Shown here piece after piece: positions 58,232-64,000 of a stretch of DNA of 64,000 nucleotides. Each line of letters starts with the position of its first letter. Positions within the stretch are counted from its first letter, which is position 1. The notes beneath the pieces were generated by a model that saw only the letters and a program-made list of their open reading frames with translations, was not told where the DNA came from and did not search any database. Position numbers and translations under genes: made by a program. Source of the stretch: Guillardia theta CCMP2712 (taxonomy: Eukaryota > Protista > Cryptophyta). The stretch covers positions 959,882 to 1,023,881 of the forward strand of contig NW_005434663.1 in the NCBI RefSeq assembly GCF_000315625.1. Reading direction: 5' to 3'.

Positions 58232-58977
58232 CCGCTGCCGCAGATTGCTACTTCTTCACCATGGTTGGTGAGATTACTGATCCAAGATTGCAATTACATG
58301 GCAGCGAGCAAGAAAATCATAAGAAGGGTGTATATCTGGTCAAGCCCATGGCTTTCTTGCAAGAATGTGATAAAGTCGAGCGAGGATACAGATTCAGAGG
58401 ATATAACGATGTTTGATGAGTGTCATACCCATACTTCATTGAATTTCAAACTTACCTTGATTGGAGAAACGTTTCCGAGTTTGAGCAAAACCATTGGCAG
58501 TCTGTGAGTATCTGCATTGATCTACAAGCATCGAGGCAAGAAGCTCAACTAATGCATTGAAGCGCTAGAAGCTAAAGACAATACACATTGAGCTCATGCT
58601 ACCAAACGCAAAATGCATCAAGTGAACGACACAAAAGGATTCGGATTATGCAGTGCTCAATAGAATCAATGATGACATGTCTGTGTACATAAGGCACCCA
58701 TTTGTAGCATACACCTTCCAGTCTCCCATCGAGATCGTGACCTCATTGTCGTGGAGCCACGAGGAAGACCCATCTGTCGTGCCGCTCGCTGTGACGTTCA
58801 TCGATCAAAACCTTGACTTTTTTGTTTTGAAACGACGGGCCGATACCGGCAGCAGGGTTGGGTGTACAGACCTGACTACCCCCTATTCCACTCACAATAT
58901 ATCTATCAAAGGCCGTGGTGGGTCATATTGCAGGAAAGGGGTAGGGGTGGGGGTGGCCAAGTGCGGGAGGTGGCGCA

Positions 58978-61900
58978 ATGCGGGGAGAAGTGGCGCTTGT
59001 GCTGCTAGCGATGGTGGTGGGTGGGACGAAGGGGACGCAAATCGTGAGCAGGAGTGTGGGACAGAGCAATCCCTTCGTAGACAGTGACAACACCATCACT
59101 GTCACCCTCTCTGTGAATGGAGACGTTCCCCAGTACTCCAACCTCACCATTTCAAACCTTGTCAATATCAGCGCCCCTCGCAGTATGAACACGATTCCAG
59201 TCCGTACAGCAGACTCCAAGACCTTATCAAACGTGCTTTGGAGTCCCTGGTATGCTTCTCTGGTCTTGACGCTCGGCAAGAAGCTACCAGCAAACCAAAG
59301 TCTTGTGTTCTCATTTGATATCCGCAATCCCAGGAATGAGAATAGCAACCCGCAAAGTTTGCTGGTCTCTTTGGACTATTCTTTCATCTGCCTTTCGGGC
59401 TCTAGCTACTGTTTTCAGGGGCATCGTTGGTGTGCAGCCAACTTATCATTCGGAGGGAACGGTACTTACCAGAACTGCAGCAGCAAGTATGATTGCTCGG
59501 GGACATGTCGGAATGGGACGGTGAATCCCTACGGTAGGTGTGATATTGGTGATTGTCAGTGCGACAGTCAGGGGAATCCTAGTTGTTCGTGTGTCAGGAC
59601 TTGCAAGAATAAGACCGACTCGTGCATAACCAACATTGTAAATATTTCATGTGTGAACGACACTGTGCTGGCCTCAACCAGACAAGCTTGTACCGATAGT
59701 TGTACATTATCTCTTGGCAAATCATGTTTGGTCAAAGTAACAGAGAACTCAACTAATTGTACCGATATTGCAAACTGTTCTAATTTCTCAGCAGCATATT
59801 GGCGATGTATCAACGAGACATCGTCCAATTGTATTCAGACTTGTGTAAATAATTATGTTGATAGTCTTAACTGTACAGATTCCATTGTAAATTCAACCTG
59901 CTTCAGCAATAAGGACACCAAAACTTGCTATCAATCCTGTGTAAATTCCAGCCGCTGCTTACCATATTGCGTCAACCAGACAATGGAGAATTGCACAAGC
60001 AACGATCCGAACAATCCGCTCAATCGAACTTGCGTGAACATTACTTTGCAAGCATGCTTTGATAACTGTACGGTCTTGGTCAACTCACAGTGTTTTGAAA
60101 ATTGCACAGTGAATGTGAGTAGCAATGTGGTATGTCAAGATTATTGCCCTCCAAATGTTACCGGCAACTGCACGTGCAAGTTACCTAACACTGGAAGTGT
60201 TTGTCAGTCTAGTCAGGATTGTACAGAGAATGGAGTCTGCGATCACTTACAGTGTAATGAACCGAACACGAATACTCTCTGCTCCAGCACGAGCTCTTGT
60301 ACAGGGAATGGTGTTTGCACAGCAGCGAACACTTACACTCTATGTTCAGATACATCGGAATGTACAGGGCAAGGAGTTTGTCAACGCCAAACTAAGCTGT
60401 CTGCTGTTCTGAATGCTGCCGTGTACACAATATATGGTGTCAGTTCTGGTTCTGTACCTTTAAGAACATTTCAGCCCACAATTTCGAATGCAAAGATGTT
60501 TCAAAACTCGGCACTCCTAAACGCCATGAATCAACTCAACTTTTCATTTGACATCAATGCAGACCTTGTTTATCCTTCAACAGTGACCATTTCTGGCCTT
60601 CGAAGCGTTGACATTGGTTATCAGCCATCTATACAAGGAATTTCTTCGACACAATTTTTCATCAATGGTGCCTCGGGTTATGGCGAAGAGAGAGATGGAG
60701 TGTTGAGTCTCCGAGTTGGGCGGCAGCGAACTCTGTCGAAGGGGACCGTCGAGTTTTCTGTCCTTGTGAAAAATGTTCAGATCAATGCTCAGAATTCGGT
60801 GTATGTCAATGGTACAACCTTTGAAACGCAAATAGCCAGTCAGCTGTTTTCCAATGACGTGACTGCCGGTTGGAATCTGCCAGCCCTGACGTTTGTTCAG
60901 GCCTCATTCCAAGTGCAATATTTCACACAGAGCAATCCTTTCCCCTCGACTAGGAACACTCTCTCTCTCAATCTTACTATCAATGCAAACTTGTTGAAAG
61001 GAAGTCTCGTCCGGCTCAGTGGACTCAAGGGAATCAACTCCGTATTGAGCTTTGACGGCTCGCAATCTTTCACGCTGACTTTTGATTCGCCAACAAACAC
61101 TATCTCACTTGCTCTCAAGGTAAACTTGCTTGCAGGCCAGAATATCGCCCTCAAATTCGACGTGCTCAATCCTTCTTCTCCTCAACCATCCCCCCCCATG
61201 GACCTGATGGTACTATTCGCGCCCTACGAGAACGCCAACTACCTCGACGGAGTGAGCGTGGGGCCAACAACGATCATGAAACCTGGCTCTTCTCTGTTTG
61301 GTGCGGCGAATGGTTTGAACCCGCTCGAAATCTTTCAGCCTGCCATTACGCACTCGCTTGTTTCCCAGTCAAACTCCATGAGCAGCCCGTCAACGTCGAG
61401 CGGCCCGAACAACAACATCACCGTTGAAATCTCTTTCAACTTCCACCTCAGAAAGAGCTCTCTTCTCAATTTCTCAGGTTTTCAAGATTCTCTCACACCA
61501 GCCTCGAACTTGACAATCAGGTCGAACAGCTCGGCCTTGCATCCCCTCGCATCATGGCAGCCAGTCAACGGAGCCCTCCAAGTTCTTCTTTCAGACGACA
61601 TCGCAGCAAACACCCTCATTCAGTTGGAGTTTTCTCTGCAGAATCCTCTCTACGCGCGGCCTGGAGCTGACATAATGTTCGACTCGTCGTTGGTCACGAC
61701 TTCGACTTCGACCACCTTCAGGCTCGGAGTCATCAAACTGAGGACGTCGGACGGATGGAAGGCTCCCATGTACATCGAGAACCAGTTTTCGTTCACGAGC
61801 GTGGGGCAGAGCAACCCTGCTCCCCTCGGTCAGAACATGTTGAATGTTTCATTCGCCGCCAACACTGCGATCAGTTCAGGGTCCGACTTTGTCCTTACCG

Positions 61901-64000
61901 GCCTGTATGGTGCTGAATTGCCTTCGGGTGAGATCAAGTTGTACGGTTCTCATGCCAGTCTCTTTCGAAGTTTTGCAACCAAACTTGCGGGATACGCTTC
62001 TTGGGACAATCGTAGCAAGACGATCCGATTCTCGTCGTCTGCAACTCTCAACAGATGTCCGATGGGCTGTCACAGCCCTTACAACGTTGCAGTCTGGCTC
62101 AACAACTCTCGCTTCTCCCAGCAAGCCCCTGACATCTTCATTCAGTGTACGGGCTTGACCAGCGTTATGATGACAAGGATGGACCCCCTGCCGGGGCCTC
62201 AGGCGCCTCTCTCCATCGCGCCGACGTTCATCCGCTACTCAATGGGTCAGAGCACAAACTTCCCCAGCAAGCTCAACGACCTGACCATCACCATCGCATC
62301 CAACGCCATCCTGTCAAGCAACATGTCGTCTTTTATCTCTCTCAAGGGTTTCTCAGGTGTCAGGACCGTGGACGGGAGCTCTTTCATACCTCTCACTGGC
62401 TGCACATGTCAGATTCCTTTCGCTTCCTACTTGAATCAGAGCGAACCCTGTCTCTGCTCCCCGTCCTCCTCAACAGCCCAGCAGCTCTTCACAGCTGATG
62501 CCTGTGATGATCGTCCAGGTCAAGCTAAGTGGGTCAACGGGCAGGCTGTGGAGTTCTTCCTGCGTTCAGAGGTTCATCCACTCCAGGCTATTGTGGTTCG
62601 ATTTACATTGAAGAATCCCGACTACCAGCAGTCGCAGCAGCAGATGATGCTGTCAAGTGTCAGCCCCAACATCCCTAACACGATGATCCTTCCTGACGTG
62701 GTTCGTATCCTCCCGCTCCTCGGGGCTCAGCCTGGTGATGCTGCTCCTCTTTACGTGGTCGCGAACTCCTTTCTGGTAACCTTTTCCTCCTCGCTCCTCC
62801 ACTACTCTATTTCTTCGTACCTGCCTTTCAATTCTCTCTTCTCATTTGTCTTTTCCCTCTTCTCCCTCCTCTACTTTCCGTTTCTTTCTTCCTCCTCGAG
62901 GCCATGTCTTATCTCCTTCCTCCAGCTGCAGAATATACGTCAGAGCGTTCCTTTCCCTGGCGCGAGCAACACTATCACTATCGAAGTGGCTGCCAACGTT
63001 GACTTGACCATGGCCGATCAGACTGTCCTGACTGTCTCAGGGCTGACAGGAGCTCTTCTGTCTAATGACGTCATCATTACCTCCAACACGGCGCCAATTG
63101 CTCTCCTGGACGCGTCCGGCAATGGGCAGGATCAGCTCAAGTTTGCTTTCAACGTAGGAGGGCAGCAGAAGACCGGCTATGGCGAGTGGTTCCAGTGCTC
63201 AGGAAACCAGAGCTGCAGCCGACTGCAGAGCTGCAAGGCTAGCGAGCTCTACCTCCGTCCTGCTGTCGACATACCGGCAGGGCAGGTCACCAAGATCTCG
63301 TTCCAGGTCAGGAACTCGCTGGCCGAGCAGTCCGCTGCTGCTCCCTCCATCAGCGTCGGGACTTCTACGAGCACCAGCTACATCAGGAAGACGCTGATGT
63401 CTCCCTCCGCCTCGCAAGTGTCCGGCAACTTGTTGGGGGTGCAGACTGTCGACTTGGCTCCCCTCGTGATCCTCAAGAAGAAGTTCGTTTACAGGACCAT
63501 CTCGCAGAGCTCGAACAGACCTGGTGCCTTGAACACTATCACAGTCTCGCTCGTTCCTACCGTCCTGCTCACCGCCAAATCTCCAGGTCCGCCCATATTT
63601 TCTATCCTGTCTCCCTCTCCCCGCCTTGAATCCTCGCGTGCGTTCCCTCAAGCATCTCCCGAGTCCTGCACACATTTCGTTGTGTTCGCTGCGCTTCTCG
63701 TTTCTTCGCTTGACATTCCTGGTAGCCACCTTCATCTCAGTCTCCAACCTCAGAGGGGCCAAGGGCGCACAAGGCAAGCTGATCATTCAGTCTGCCCTCA
63801 GGCTGCGGGTTGACTCTGGCAGCAACCCCTTGGAGCAAGAGGTCGGCTACGGATACTGGAACGACGAGGACAAGAGCCTGACTCTGAGGGTGGTTGACAG
63901 TCAGGGGGTTGCAGAGGGTCAGCTCTTTGTCTTCTCCTTCACCATCAAGAACCCCTGGCCCCTCTTCGATCAGAACATGATCTGCGGGCAATCCGCGAGC
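58978..64000 (+). CDS. Giant secreted/surface glycoprotein of ~147-aa 'QS.P...N.I.V' beta-rich repeats with a Cys/Asn-rich insert; truncated by window end
   Basis: Signal MRGEVALVLLAMVVGGTKG; repeat heads at 59062, 60502, 60928, 61366, 61807, 62248, 62941, 63505; pyrimidine-rich introns near 62776-62925 and 63587-63724. Confidence 0.88.

Overview
Gene-dense eukaryotic nuclear DNA with many short (about 45-60 nt) spliceosomal introns, microsatellites and one 100-N assembly gap. The intron style, a bipartite plastid-targeting leader and giant 'QS.P..N.I.V' repeat proteins suggest a cryptophyte alga such as Guillardia (inference). About 20 protein genes are visible: an HLTF/Rad5-like SNF2 helicase with an extra PARP zinc finger, a beta-helix protein, TEN1, a pepsin-family protease, a giant mucin-like receptor, VPS52, an MST/Hippo-like STE20 kinase, a GT92+GT2 glycosyltransferase, a CCCH-REX4-like exonuclease, a Rubisco-LSMT-like SET protein, a TBC RabGAP, a giant secreted repeat protein and several hypotheticals. 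The top finding is a membrane-anchored pepsin-like protease that appears naturally circularly permuted, with its first DTG motif moved C-terminal of the second lobe. Other highlights are a dispersed upstream element and CTTTGAGTAAA motif whose copies differ by ACT/AGT micro-insertions, a SARAH-bearing Hippo-like kinase with repeated GT-hydrophobic linker motifs, and a mucin with a juxtamembrane ZU5 domain carrying the HFS autoproteolysis motif. Exon boundaries were read by eye and gene ends are approximate unless stated.
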